Source: Pavona decussata
Lineage: Eukaryota
DNA length: 64,000 nucleotides
Assembly: GCA_977016875.1 (NCBI GenBank)
Contig: CDRNST010000188.1
Location: 2,604,001-2,668,000, forward strand
Direction: 5' to 3'
The stretch's first letter is position 1. Every line of letters starts with the position of its first letter. Positions 50,013 through 63,716 of this stretch are shown here, one piece after another. The notes under the pieces were generated by a model. That model was not told the origin of the DNA, did not search any database, and was given only the letters and a program-made list of their open reading frames with translations. The position numbers were made by a program, and so were the translations under genes.

Positions 50013-53000
50013 TCATTCATTCATTCATTCAACCAATGTTCCATTTGACTACCCATTCTTTGTCTCCTTTTTTTGTTTATTTTCTTTTCCAGTAAGCTGT
50101 TGTAATCATAACCAAATGTCAAAAATACAGTCCTTAAAACGATATCCGATGTCATGAAATCCAAGTACTAAAAGTCAACGTTACAAATTAAGTAATGAAA
50201 AATGTACATATGAAACATGTAATGAAACATGAATTCATCAACCCAGTCACTTACACTACATATAGTCGTACGCATTTTTCCATAACAGAGGGTATTTGAA
50301 GTTTAAGTATAATTTCTAACATTAGAAATACTACTACTGATTAGTATAACAAAGTATGCAATTCTCACCTTAATGTAGGTTGCCTCAATACCAGCAATAA
50401 ATACTAATTGTGCAGCGGCTAACGCAATACATAGATTTAGATGGATTCGGTATCGCACTGCCGATAAACTCCTGTAAACAAAGGCAACAAACAAAGGGAA
50501 ACTGGAAACTTGCTTGTAATGTGCAAAATACCTGTAAAATACCTGTAAACTAGCTGGTGAGCCTAGCTTGCTGGTCTCACAAAAGCTAAGCGTATTTTCA
50601 CAATAAACTGCTTTCAAACTGCTATCGTAATGCACATGTGTGTATCGTGCAGAAAATGACTGACTTACTCACAGACGGGAGAAAGTGAGTTGTTGATAAC
50701 AAAACTGCCGCGCTTGTTATTGACAACTAAAGTAGTTTTTGCTTTTGAAAAGGAAAACTACAGTCGAACCTGTATATAACGGCCCTGTATTAAGCGGCCA
50801 GTTTTCAAAGTCCCGATTGTTTGCTCATATAAAAGCTGCATTTGTTACCTGTATTAGGAGGCCGGCCGCGGCCACCCTGTAGCAGTCCTATGTTTGTCTT
50901 TCTTTGTTATTTTTACCTGTATTAAGCGGCCACCCTTGAATGGAAACTAGGCCATATGTTATTTTATGCGGTATTTTATTGTGTTTAAAATGCGATCCAG
51001 CATCACTATAAAGAATAACACGTACAAAGCTACTGTAAGCTGCTGCTCGGCCGTTTAATATCGTTAACGCTTTTCAGATATCCACAATGTGTTAAAGTAC
51101 AGTACCATACCACGAACGCTAAAAGAAATTTGCTTTGAATATGGTTCACTCTTTAGCAAGAAATTCCTCTTTAATTAGCTTGTTCTTCAGCCATGTAACA
51201 TTTAAAATTGAGCGTAACAACTATGAAATGACTGAATGAGATATTTTGTTGTGAACTGTAAGTCATAGAAATAGAGCACTGTCTACCGTATTAGAGTAGA
51301 GGACAATTTTTTGCATAGTACTTTTACACAATGTCACGTACATTATACCGTTAAGTTACAAGTTGGCACTGAACTTTTTTTAAAATATTGGTCCCTTGAA
51401 AGAGTGTTGATTGTCCTATTGTTTCCTTGCATGAACTGTTTTTGTACGATATGCCATTAATATTGACATTAGGCAACGCTCAGTGAGTATTTTTAGTGAT
51501 CCTGTATTAAGCGGCCACCTGTATTAAGTCCCGAGGGTGGCCGTTATATGCAGGTTCGACTGTACTTTGTTGATGTTTTGTCATTGACAACCAAAGAGTT
51601 ATCGGAAAGAGCTTCCGTCGTCTGCGGAAGCCCTAAATTTCACAATAAAGAGTTCTGCAAATGAATTCTCTGAAACACTTTATCCACAATGACTGAAGCA
51701 TTCGGTTATCAGGAGCTAAGGATGACACAAAACAAATGAAATTTAGTTTTGTTTTTATTTTGTAAACTGTTACAAACCTGACACACGCGAAGGTAAATAT
51801 ACATGCGGCAAGACAGACGAGAGTAACACCACAACCAATTTTAGTAATGAGGTCCAATGCTATCCTTTCACCCTTGGATAACTAAAGAACAAAATCGTCA
51901 TACAGTTGAATTAGGTTCTGCATTAGTTTTTTTCACACGCTTTGTATGCTAATCTAAATCTAATTGAAAAATAAAAAATAATTGAAAACGATATTTCTCG
52001 AAGATTCAAACGCAAAACTGTGAACGTATGAATTTAGAAGACAGGGAGACTTCTGTCAGAAACTTCATTTTTTGTTCTTTTAAAAGTATGTTTAGTTCAA
52101 CAAATGAACAATAGTACTCAGTCGAAATCAGCTAAAAAGAATTGACCTTCCAGGTGCCCTCCATAGCTCAGTGTTAGCGCATTACACTGACTAGTGGTGG
52201 GTTTGGGGCAATGTGACAGATGTCTGACATTCATTTTTCGTTTTGTTGCTGGCAACGTTTGGTGACCATAACTTGTTTATATAAGAACCTCACCAACTTC
52301 CATCTATCGTAAAAACTCCTCCATTTTATATTAAACTACATTTATGTTGTTATTTTATTGGCACGGAAATTATTCGTACCTGATTACGAAGTGAATCTTT
52401 CTGGTAATCAATAAGAACAGCAAAACTTGTGAAGTGGTCTGTTAAACAAGTTGTGTAATGTTTCTTATGACCTTGTACTAACGTCATCCCTTTACTAGAC
52501 CAGGTTGGACGGTTGGAGCTGCGTGGAAAAGACCAACAAAGCAACCTTTCTGTTAACTAACTCATTCAAATTAAGCAGCTAGCATCAAGAGCCGATAAGA
52601 AAAAGAAACAAAGAAACAAAGGTTTTCATATTTCATTGTAAACATCAACTATTTGTTTGATATTACATTTACTGAAATACAGTGAATTTAATCCCTTACA
52701 AGTAGACTCCTTTAGTTAAAGACTCCAAGATGCTTTATGTGCTGGAAATAAAACGTTCTACATATGCATGCTAGTGACTGATTAAGCAGGAAGGATCCCA
52801 AGCACCTAATAATTAATAATTTCAAGTTGGCGTCCAGGAGCCTTTTGGCATTTTTTTCGTCGGCAAAATTTATCCGCGATCTTGAATAACCGTAAACATG
52901 ATTGCCTAATTTATCAACATCGCATACGTAGCAGTTTGGCGTCGCTAAGAATTCATCTCATCTCGAGATAGGCATTCTTCTACAACATGAAACGCAAGAA

Positions 53001-56000
53001 AGAGAAAACTTAGATAAAACTTAGCCTCACCTAGACCGGGCTTACTTTTTACTTTATGGCGGATGCCGACCCCAACTACACAGCCCCCTCCATAACTTCG
53101 CAACCAATAGAAGCTATGATATTAAGGCTTATGACCTCGCTTGGAGTCCTGGAACTCTAGCTACGTCTCGCATTATGGAGTACCTGTGAGCTATTTTCCT
53201 TCAATTATCGGTTGTTAGCCATCACCCGTAATTACAACTACCAGCCTTGTAATCATTTCCGTCTTGTACGCATAATTGCGTAAAATTGCGTAAAATTGTG
53301 TCCCTTTTCATTTGCCCAGCCACTTGTTAGTACTCAATTTAGCGTTAAGTGTTGCTGTTGTGATTGATTGATTGATTGATTGATTGATTTAGTTATTTAA
53401 TTGTCTTTATCCAAATCTGGGGGGAGGATTCTGCCCGTGCTTAACTTATTAAATATTTGCGCAAACGCCATGAAACTTGAGGACGTTTTCAAAAATTTAA
53501 CAGGCTAAACTATGATGTGGTCGAGTACTGTTCATTTACTTTGATTTTGCCATGGAAACCAATTTTTGACAGGCGAGTTTTTTCAGAAATCGGAAAATCC
53601 CTTTTGTAAATGAAGAATAGTTATTTTTCTTACTGTAACCTTTGTGTTTTTAGCTCATGTTAGTGTTGATTTTATTGGTTTTTTTATTACTCTTCGTTTA
53701 ATTTCGGCGCATTCCTAAAGTTTTGGGGAAAATCCAGAAATGCAAGATGGCGGATCCAAGATGGCTGCGATTTGACAGTCATTGCGTAATTGTTACATCA
53801 TGCTACGTCACCACTTTCACGTTGCGGACCTCAAAGGAAACTTATTGGACGTATCTATCTATCCCCTGAAACTATTCTCTCCTAATTTTCATAGCTTCTA
53901 TAGTTGCAAAGTTGAGGAGGGACACCTCTTCCCCCCGGTCCCAAAAGACAAAAAAAACAACAACAACACGGTCTACATGGGGTTAAAGGGACACAGTCAC
54001 CTGGTGCACATGCGCATTAGATACCATTTCTTAGCTGATTTGCATATCACACTTCATCACAAGTCTCGCGCTGAGAAGCGCATCCTTTGAAAAATATAAA
54101 CAAACCTTGTCGAGTCGACGAAGTATTTGCCAGTCAAAATTATTAATGTGATTATAGACCTAATGTCATTTTAAAACGCTCATTTTCTTGATACCATGGA
54201 GAATTTACTGATGGACTTGTCCCGGGAAAGTCACGTCAACGAATACCTCTGAAGTCGAAGAATCATTTAATCGTTTATTTCGGTATCCGGTCGGGTGAAA
54301 CATTATCTTAGCTGTTTCTACGTTTCACAGTGTTTGCATGAGAAGCAAATTGAGTTCAAATATTAGAGAATATGTCAATTTTAAAACGTAGCGAATCGAC
54401 TGAACTGCAGTGTAGCGAAACGACTTTGTAGCGAAACTACCGGTAAGCTTCATTTCTGCTTTCAATCATATATTTTGCTTTCACTATAATTTCGTTTCCA
54501 CAACTTCTCCGTTATCTAAATTTAGGAACCAAACGCATGTCGTTGCAAGAACGCTTCCTCGACCCGTAGAAAACAAGGTTCTACTGGAGGTTTTCCTTGT
54601 CGAAGAGATAATCGACTGTGTACCGAAGCTTGTCTTCGTCTGAGCTCAAAACCAAGCAGCCCTGACGCGTAGTTCGAATCGTTTACGAAGATTCCCACCG
54701 CACGAACCTTTCGCCAGGTTGAGAAAATGTAATTTTCCAAATATATATGATGGTGATTTGTTCTCCAATGTTTTTGATTGATTTCTCTCGTTATTTTAGT
54801 CAACGCAGGCGATTTCTTCCGCCCGGTGCCTTCACGTTTCCCACCTCTTCTTTTCATGTTCCGTTGGAGACGCGATCCATACTGTTTTTAACCAAATATG
54901 ATAAAATAGTATCATAGGATGAGCAAAAGCATACTCGGAAACAGTTTTCCAGTAAAAGATTGAAAATCCAATAAAACACTGGGAAGATTGAAGCGGATTT
55001 CTAGATGCCGACGCGTACTTTTGATTTCGGGTTGAGGTGGACGCTTTTCAAAATTGACAAAAACTAGCGTCCAGGTCAGCGCGGTCACAAAGGTGACTGT
55101 GTCCCTTTAAGGCGTCATCGAAAAACATGCACCACTTCTATTTATAAGTGTCATTAGCATGGCACAGATAAGCTGCAGGGGTTTCCCCGAAAATCATTGA
55201 CACCTGCGCTTAGACCAGGAGAAGCCCAAGAATAAGACAAATGTCTCAAGTCTCAAGCGAGCGAATTGGGTGTGTGGAGCAACAGTGTTAGTCAACTTTT
55301 TCGTGATCGCGATTTCATAAGACCGACTGCGCAGGTTTAACATTTTTTTTTTCCTGGAAGGCTTTTATACGGTGATCTGCAGTGTTAAATCAAAAACCAT
55401 GTGACCCACATGCCTCAAATACTTTTTATTTTCATGCCATTTTTAAATAATAGTTGCGCAGAAGACACTTACCTAGAGGAGCGGTTTAGGAACACGCACT
55501 TTGTCGATGATGGGTCGGCACTCTAGAGAAATTTTCGAAAAGTTATAGTTATCGAAGTGAATGTATGAAGTAATCATAAATATTTGTCCAATGAAAGTCT
55601 GACAGCAAAGTGATGTTAGCAACTTAAACAGCTGCGTAGAAGCCCGGGACAAAAAGAGGTTTCGTGGAATGGGATTCCAACACTGGTTGGTATTATCTTA
55701 TGTGTGGGAATAACAAGCCTTTTGCCAAATGCCGTTCTCATGGGGAAATTCAGGAAGTTAGGGAAAAGTAAATTATCAGTCACATCGCAGGTTTAATTCA
55801 GCTGGTTGTATAAGGGCTCTTTTGCGTTCAGCAAAAATACAATCAATGCGTCAAACCCGTCAATTATACCTTTGAAAGGTATTCAAATCCGATATAGGGT
55901 GATACCAAGTAATGGGAAATCTTATGTTTTCAACAATGATACCGCCAAGAAGCATAATCAGTACAGTAATTTACCATAATTCGAAAGCTTATAGTTGCGT

Positions 56001-57940
56001 TGTCTTGAAGAGCATTTATGTTTCCCTCCGTGTTCATAGCTACCACGGAAACTATCGGAGATTGCAATGACGAAGACCTAAAATTAAAAAAAAAAATTAA
56101 CGAGAAAAAATACATCAGCCAATAAACGAGAAAGCGAGAAGAAACATTTATGAACAATCCTTGTTCTCATTGTCCGCCCTAGACTTCTTCGGAGTAAATG
56201 TCCAACTCGTCGCTTACGCTTCTCAACTTGGCTGAAGAGTTGAACTCTTGTTTAGTCTATGCCTTGCCAAACGAAACTTTCTTTACATAAATTATTGGTG
56301 TAACAAACGACTGTGTGAATGTAATGAAAAGTATTTAAACAATTATTTATTATATGCGTAAACTTTCAATGAGCTCTATTTGACGAGATCACGTGTTAAT
56401 GTGAACAGTGTGAAGACATGTGAGAGAAAATAATGGCGTTATATTTGCTTTATATTAAACTCTTAAAGCGGTTTCCAATAGGCCATGTCCGAGTTACTGT
56501 GAACCTCACTATGAAAGTGAGGCTAAGTGCAAAACTTTTCATATGGAAATTAGTTTTGTTTGCATATGAATGAAAACTTATTTTCATGACAAAATCTTTG
56601 CACGTAGCCTCGCTTTCATAATGAGGTTCAAAGCAACTCGGAAATGGTCTATTGAGTGTAGTAAAACCAAAACCAAAGTAATAATTCTGGCCAATCGCAG
56701 CAGATGTCAACAAACCAGCGAGCCAATCAGAATTCGAAGCAAATACATGTAACTGGCGCCAAGCGCGGGAAAACGCATGCGGCGAAAACACGATTGGTTT
56801 TGGTTTGGATTCCAATGGTTGAGAAAGTGGCGCAAGTTTTGTTAAGTAAAGCAAAACCAAAGCGAACGCGAAATTACTTTCGAAACTCAATTGAAAACCG
56901 CTCTATAGTCCTAAGACTGACCCATTTGAGTTTGATGTATCCAAATGTAATCCTTCTGTTCTATTGCAGAGACGCTCGAACATAAACACGTATGTGAATA
57001 TCCCCAGTCGGCCTACAAAATAAAACAGAAAAAATGTTGTGAGCCTTTCTACTAAAATATACTCGCTTGCATAAAATGCCCGTGAAACTTTCTTGTGAAT
57101 TAATGTCCAAAGAACTCTACTAAAATTGGTATGCACCACAGAGACATAAACCATGGTGTAATCACAACTGATATATTTTTGTTGTTGTTGATTTTTGTTT
57201 GTTTTTTTTAGTAAAAATTCAGTTTCATCACCTTATTTTCATGACACTAGCACAAATTCTACATTTTTTGTAGCAGGCATTTCACTTCGTTTGTTTGTTT
57301 GTTTGTTTTGGGGACAAAAGTGGAAGCCCTGTATTCCCCAGGGAGTGCTTTGAAGGACTGACGATTGATGCTGAGACTTTTTGGGAGTAAATATTTTTGC
57401 ATTAATATTTCTCAAGTGCCCTTTCACATAGACTTTTTCTTTTCCTGTAGCTTATGCAACTATTCAATTCTATTCATTTTAAAAATCAAATCTGATAAAA
57501 CGTATTCACACGTATCAAACTGCAATCGATTGCAGAACCTACCATTTGAAAGATCAATAGAGCCAGGTAATAAACTGACAGATCCTTGTGACCCATCATC
57601 TTGTTCTGGAACTGTTATCGTTTTGTTGAAGTCTGCTGTGGCTACTACATGGAACTCTAAATTAGAACGGAGACAAACAAAGTCATTTAGACGTATGAGA
57701 ATTAATATTCAAGACACGCATAAATTTGATTTCCTGTTAGCATCATTTCTAAAACTACATACAAAATGAAGTAGATATGATTTTTTTTTAACCAATTTTG
57801 TTAGAACACGTTGTTGTTATTTTTTTTTTTAAATTCATTCCACTAAAATCGAAAGCCTAGGTTAAGTGAAAAATCATGGCTTGTATTTAGAAAGCACGAA
57901 GGAAAAGCCCTGCCCCAGTAAATCAATCAATCCATCCATC

Positions 57941-57981
<41 letters not shown>

Positions 57982-60900
57982 GTCATATCATATCAAATCA
58001 TATCAAATCATATCATATCATATCATATCATATCATATCATATCATATCATATCATATCATATCATATCATTTCATCTTATTTACATGTTGTTGTTGTTT
58101 TTCCGGGAAATATGAATCAAATATGAAGTAACAGCCACTCCGAGTGAACTGGAATAATTTTCCAACAGAAAAGCAGTATTTACCCCAGCATTCATTTCGA
58201 AAAATCAAAAAAGAAAGGTTCCAAAGTAAGGTGTTAGTAATATATTGCTCCTGATAACTTGAATAAGAAATGTTTTAGACTCCCCTAAAAAGGCAATATC
58301 ATGCGGTCAGTATATTATAGGTGGATTCTTTTTTATTTACTTTTGGAAGGTAACCATCAGCTGTGAGAATAAAATGGATACCAGGAAGCCTTGAAGCTGA
58401 GGAGCTGTAGCTCAAAAAGTGTGTAACAGCACTTTACTCGTAAAACAAAATTACCTATAAAATCTAGACGATACGAGAGTGATAGCCTTCCAGTGTTGCT
58501 TGCTTTAAGAATTGTTCTCAGCAATGGATGCACCAAGTCGTCTATGTTCACAAGTAACTTTTGAATCTGTTGAATAGACCACTGTTCTACAGACACAATT
58601 TGTAAGTTATTATCTAGTTATTTATTAATTAATTAATTTATTTATTTTACTTGATTCATTCATTCATATATGACTTGTTTATACATTCGTGGAAATTCCT
58701 ATTACTTTAGATAACTTCATTTTAAAGCAATATTCTGCAAGGCGCATGTAGCTTAGGCTACTAGGCTAGGTGGCGGGTTACAAGTTAGGATAATAATAAA
58801 TTAGTGAGAAGTGAAAAGAATAGGTAACATCTGTATACATAAATAAACGAAATGACTAAAAGGGAAAGAAAAATAATGGGTTTTCCCTTAACCAAATGGT
58901 TTTTCTCAAAGTTAAACAGATTTAATAAAAGTGGCCATAACTAAGCAAAACGTTGGCATAATGACAAGAGGGCGTAACTGAAATCATCATCATGCAGCAT
59001 CATCATAATCATTCTCTTCTTGGTCTCCTTCCTCCACCTTATCCTGGCCTTTATTGTCAACGTCACCATCGCTGTTGTCATTATCATCGTCATTATCGAC
59101 CATTGCCCGTGCCATGCCACACACGCGGGAATTATATTTTTTGTGTAAAACCCTCCGCGGATGAGAGACGTCTTGTTGCAAGGGGCACAGAAGTTTGACA
59201 ATCATCAATCAATATGAAAGGTAATTTACAATATGTACAACTCACCGAGGAAGCTGTGCAGTTAAAAAGGCTTGTTTGCTCGTTCACTCTTTTGCCCTGA
59301 GGATAAAAGCAACAATAAGCAAAATGCTATAGGTAATATAACAAATAAATATAGCTATAATTTGTTTATCTACATAATTATACTAGTTATACTTCTATTT
59401 CTTTCTGTCTTTGTTTTTTTTAAATGTGTTTTCGCTGAACATGTCAAACAACGGGAGCACATCCAACAAAATTAGATATAAATAAAACAAATTATATTCG
59501 GATGACAAAAAATCTTATTTCAATAATCCTTATGTCAGCACTAAACAGTCTATTGATTGAGAAAAGGGGGAGAGAAAGGGGGGCAAGGGAGGTGGGGGGG
59601 GGGGGGGGTTACCACCGCCAAGCTTCTGATTTTTGCAGAAATTTACCGAGGAGCAATTTGGTATGATTTGGAGATTTCTATTTGCTATATAGAGAAAAAC
59701 TGAGTTTGTTTTCGTCTTTTCCTAAGACGTTCTTTGACATTCGGTGTATTCCGGGTTTGAAGTAGAAAATCGATCGCGGGTGCCAAGGAAAGTTCTTTTA
59801 CATTTCTATCGGTAAGTTACTGACTAGGTTGTCACGCCGGTGTAAATTGGAAAGGGAAAACCCTAACCGTAAATCACTCTTTTTCACCCTTCCCACTTGT
59901 CCCCCACGCCACTGTTTTGTCGTATCCAGTCTTAGTAGTTTTATCTACTTTTGACCTCCATTGACCGAGATTTCCCATTATCTGGAAGAAAAATGACTTG
60001 GTATTCATTATCAATTTTTTTTTATGAAAAACCGCTGATCCGACCTGATGATTCATTGACTCATGACTCATGACTCATGACTCATTGACTCATTTGACTC
60101 ATAAAACATCCGTTCTCTTTATTTGAAGTGTTTGTGATCAATTTTAATCAATTGAATGTTTTCTGTACGGAAAGAGAATTATGGAAATCCAAGATGGACC
60201 TTGAACGGTGTAGAACTAGTAAAGTCATGCCGATCCTTTGTGTCAGCGTCGTCCCATTTTGCGGACCTAAAAGGAACAGGCACTATATGCCTTCCGTTTT
60301 TAAACTGTCCCAACCTTAAAGTGTTCACCACCCCACCCTTAATCTTCGTTCTCAGAAACTCAAGAAAAGTCCTGGCTCAATAGGACAAGGCATGTTTGTC
60401 TTTAGTGACATATTTAAGTGTATCTCACACGAAGCAATTTCGCGCGTAGGGGCAGTCATTGCTAAAAGGGTAAGACCAAAATAGCCTCCTACCCCGATCT
60501 CACTCTGCAGAAATGTTCGACCTGACATGCAGTGGAAGATATGGGTATGAGATAAGGACCAAAATTCATAAAACTTTATTTTTCTTGTTGATACAAATTA
60601 CTGTTTATGCCCATAGTTAGTTAAGTAGGTAGATGATTCAGATATAGTAACGTGAAGTTAGTTTAAACTTACAAGAGCTTTCAACGTTTTGTTTACTGAA
60701 GACAAATTATCCACTTCTCCTGTGTCTGTAGACCCTGACAAGAAATAAAGTGGCTATCGCATTAGCTTTCACTGAAAGCACTGAATATTATCACCTTAAC
60801 TCAAATACTTTCAAGCTCACCAGACCAATTTAATGTCGCGATGAAAGCTATAAAATTCACTGCACTTCTGGTAGCGCTGACTGTGTACGTCTCCTGATTA

Positions 60901-63124
60901 CTCAGATTTTTTCGATAAAGCTTTGGTAACATAAGCCTTTCAGGTGAGACGTCCATATGGAATAGCATTTTAGGACTAAATTTGACAGAGTTTTGTGTAT
61001 CTAGCTACATGGTCGTATATAACTGCCATGAAAATTGAAGATGGAAACCTTGCGAGCTCTAATACTCAAATATGAAATAACGAAATTTTTCAAAGTTATT
61101 GGCGTTTTCTTTTGTAAAAATGGGGCATTAAAATATATTCTAATTCATCAAACTCTTGCGCCGCTGTAACAGCTGGTAAATTTTTTAAAATTCAAATTTT
61201 CGTTAGTTAGGGCGCCAAAAATAAAAAAAAGTCAATTAATTACATCTAGCAGACAGGACTGTTTTTGTCATCACAACTCCGCGATGTTAGACTCGTTTCC
61301 TACAAAGACAATAAACTTTTTGATTCTTTCATATGAGGCCCAAACGTATCAGATTGTATTGTACATGTTGAGTTAGGTGCAACTTCATGATTGTAGGGTA
61401 CATATAAACACTAATAATCTGAAATTGACGTTTTAAAGTTATATCGATGTAGTGAAATGACGAAACTCATCTGAACAGAGTCTGCTTACCAGGTGGAAGT
61501 GATGTCATAATGGACTGGTTGCCTTGTGTAATTAGTTTTTCAGTGGAGAGATTTGTTGGTTTTTTTGTGCTAGGATTTCCAGGTTTGGTTGGTGCTGCTG
61601 TGCTGTAGTTTCCAGGCTTAGTTGTCGGCTGTGTTGTGCTGTAATTTTTAGGTCTGCTAAAGTTTTCGCTACTGGTCTTTGTTGTTACAGTTGAATATCG
61701 GTGGCTCTTGGGAGTAGTTTTGATCTGATATCCAGTTGTAAGGTGCGGGCTAGCCACAGTGCTTCTTTCAGGAATTGACGTTGTGTTCCCATTTTCTGAA
61801 GAAGGGTGGGTTTCTGTTGATGAAGTAATTGTAGAGTATAAACAGTTTCTTGTTACAGAAGGATTTTTTTGCATTTATTTACTTTTCTGCTTTAAATTGG
61901 AAAGGAAAGACGTTTTTATATACTATATACTTCTCAAATTTCACATTCATAGCTTTATTGTTCTTTCGTACATCGAGGAATAGCACCTGCGTAATGGACA
62001 ATGTCGTACATACCAGTGCAATTTTGAAGATGAGAGCGGTTGTTTGGAGTATTACAGTCGGCATAATAAGTTGCTGTCTTATGACGTACAACATCGGCTG
62101 TTTCTTCCAATTTAGGTAAGATACGCAGAGAAGCTTGTTTCCAATGGCAGTCCCAGACTCGAATCGTGTCATTATCGAATCTTGTAGAAATTAGCAAACA
62201 GGATGCTGCAACAGATGAACATATGCTAGTTGAAAATAAGCAAAGAGAACTAAACCTAGGTAGGCAGCTTTTATTGTGCAAATGTGTGCACTCTGTCGGC
62301 GTGGTCACACTCCATCTTGATTTCGCATTGAAATTGCCCTGATATTCCCAAAAATTGGCCAAAAAATCACCGCAAAAGGGAACATGCGTTACCCCGACAT
62401 TGGAAAAAGTTTGCACCAGAGTAGTATAAACCGCGTTGGTGCCTAGGTAAGTGCCTAGGTAAATCATTAAAATGCAGAATAATGTTATAAAGTTGTTTTT
62501 AGTAAAACAAACGGTACAAACTGGGAAGCTGGTAACTAAATGTATTCTGCGGTACCTGCTGCCTGCCTGAAAGCGTGCAAAACATTTGTCTCGCTTGCTT
62601 TGAACAACACATACACAATACTTTCAAAATCCTAAGTTATCGTCCTTCACAAGCAACGTGTACGTTAGGAGAGGGGCAAAGGACAAAAAGGTTGAAAGAC
62701 ATTGAGACTGGAAAAACGGGAAAAAGGGATTATGGTTGTGGATAGGAATTGAGCAAGGCGCTCTCAAAACATGGGAAGCAGTTGCAATTGTGCTTGTGTT
62801 CGCCCTCTCTTCCCCGTTGCCGGCTTCTCCCAACTGTAACTGCTCTTCCCAAAGTCTTTCCCTTTTTCATTCAGAGCTGTCTGTGGGACATCATGCAAAT
62901 AAATGTAATACCTGGTCCTACTGTAGGTGTGGAGTTTCCCTTCTTAGTGATAGCTTCACAACACATTCTAGCCGTTTCTGATGCCTCATCTATTTCTTCA
63001 AATCGTTTGCAAGTAAGGTTAATGTAGACTTGCGTTGAAGAGCTCGCGCAATTCCATGAAATGCTTCCTTGCAGCGACTGAGTTATCCTTCGTAACGTAG
63101 TGTTTCTCTTTTCCGTGCACATTA
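44799..63124 (-). CDS. Adhesion G-protein-coupled receptor (Ser/Thr stalk, GAIN/GPS, 7TM), 5'-incomplete
   Basis: Phase-compatible exons 61987-62180, 61490-61813 (Thr/Ser/Pro stalk), 60673-60734, 59246-59296, 58455-58581, 57543-57656, 56922-57012, 55975-56077, 55473-55522, 52380-52518 (GPS WSSKG..TCLTDHFTSFAVL), 51778-51881 (TM1), 50369-50471 (IHLNL, TM2), 49669-49822 (LHYFFTASFSWMCMEA), 48783-48849, 48060-48126 (CWLS), 47322-47410, 46081-46207 (LLGLCWVFG..SLQ), 45482-45523 (GAFIF), 45227-45292 and 44799-44936. Exon 62912-63124 is probable, but its link to the next exon is unresolved. Confidence 0.9.
46226..46620. mobile_element. TTAA-flanked MITE (Kolobok-like)
   Basis: ttaaggacggtgcct ... 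aggcaccatcattaa. Confidence 0.65.
48350..48563 (+). repeat. Dispersed direct repeat of about 210 bp (second copy 52600-52809)
   Basis: aaaaagaaacaaagaaacaaaggttttcatatttcattgtaaacatca...caggaaggatccc is present in both introns. Confidence 0.9.
50761..51562. mobile_element. Tc1/mariner (pogo/Tigger-like) MITE, TA target duplication
   Basis: TA|cagtcgaacctgtatataacggcc ... ggccgttatatgcaggttcgactg|TA, with internal cctgtattaagcggcc repeats. Confidence 0.88.
53983..55110. mobile_element. TTAA-flanked non-autonomous DNA transposon (Kolobok-like), 1.1 kb
   Basis: Perfect TIR ttaa|agggacacagtcacct ... aggtgactgtgtccct|ttaa, with an internal - strand ORF remnant at 54522-54857. Confidence 0.8.
56465..56906. 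mobile_element. Nested MITEs: the 172-bp palindrome inserted in the 290-bp family element
   Basis: The host element is split at 56478-56651 by a copy of the 12878-13050 palindrome. Confidence 0.85.
57920..58071. repeat. (AATC)n(ATATC)n microsatellite
   Basis: Read directly from the sequence. Confidence 0.95.
60057..60101. repeat. Six near-tandem TGACTCA (AP-1 consensus) heptamers
   Basis: Copies start at 60057, 60064, 60071, 60078, 60086 and 60095. Confidence 0.85.
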
Positions 63125-63619
63125 CTGCCGGAAGAGAAGATTAACAAGTGAGTGGTTATGGCAGGTTTGGTGATGACAATTTTAGTTTCCCCATTACCCC
63201 CGGTGCATATATCATGGAAGTTAAAAAGCACCTACAAAACTGCTCTTGCTAAGCTTCGAAATCAAATAAAGTTTTCAACGACTAATATCAATCGCTACAA
63301 CAAAGATGCCAAAAGGAAGGCTATGGGGACAGTCTTGCTCCGAACTCGCTTTTCTTTTATACTGCTACACTTCCATTAAAGATAATGATACGGTTTAAAG
63401 GTAAACATTTTTGTTAAAAAAAATAATAATAATAAAATAGAATAAAACATGGACGATCGGGCCCAGACTTAGATCTTCAACCACTCTTCTACTTAAAACG
63501 ACATGATTAAATAATGCCTTAAGACAAATGGCATGCTATTTACTTAATATTGAAAAAAAGGTGTAATGTTTTAAGATTGATGAATAAATGATAGATGTAC
63601 TTTTCTTTTCGACAGAAAC

Positions 63620-63716
63620 AGGGGAATACTCGGGTAAAAGAAAACACGAGTTCTCCCAGCAGGAGTCGAACTTATTTTCCGATAACTAGTTCGAATGCTC
63701 TACCACTGGGCTACAG
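63620..63716 (-). mobile_element. tRNA-derived SINE head
   Basis: The - strand reads ctgtagcccagtggtagagcattcgaactag...gttcgactcctgctgggagaactcg; same family as 8598-8770. Confidence 0.65.

Noticed and set aside
58941-59208. Asp-rich or His-rich ORFs
   Set aside because: Low-complexity (CAT/GAT) intronic sequence, open in several frames. The flanking GPCR exons join in phase without it.
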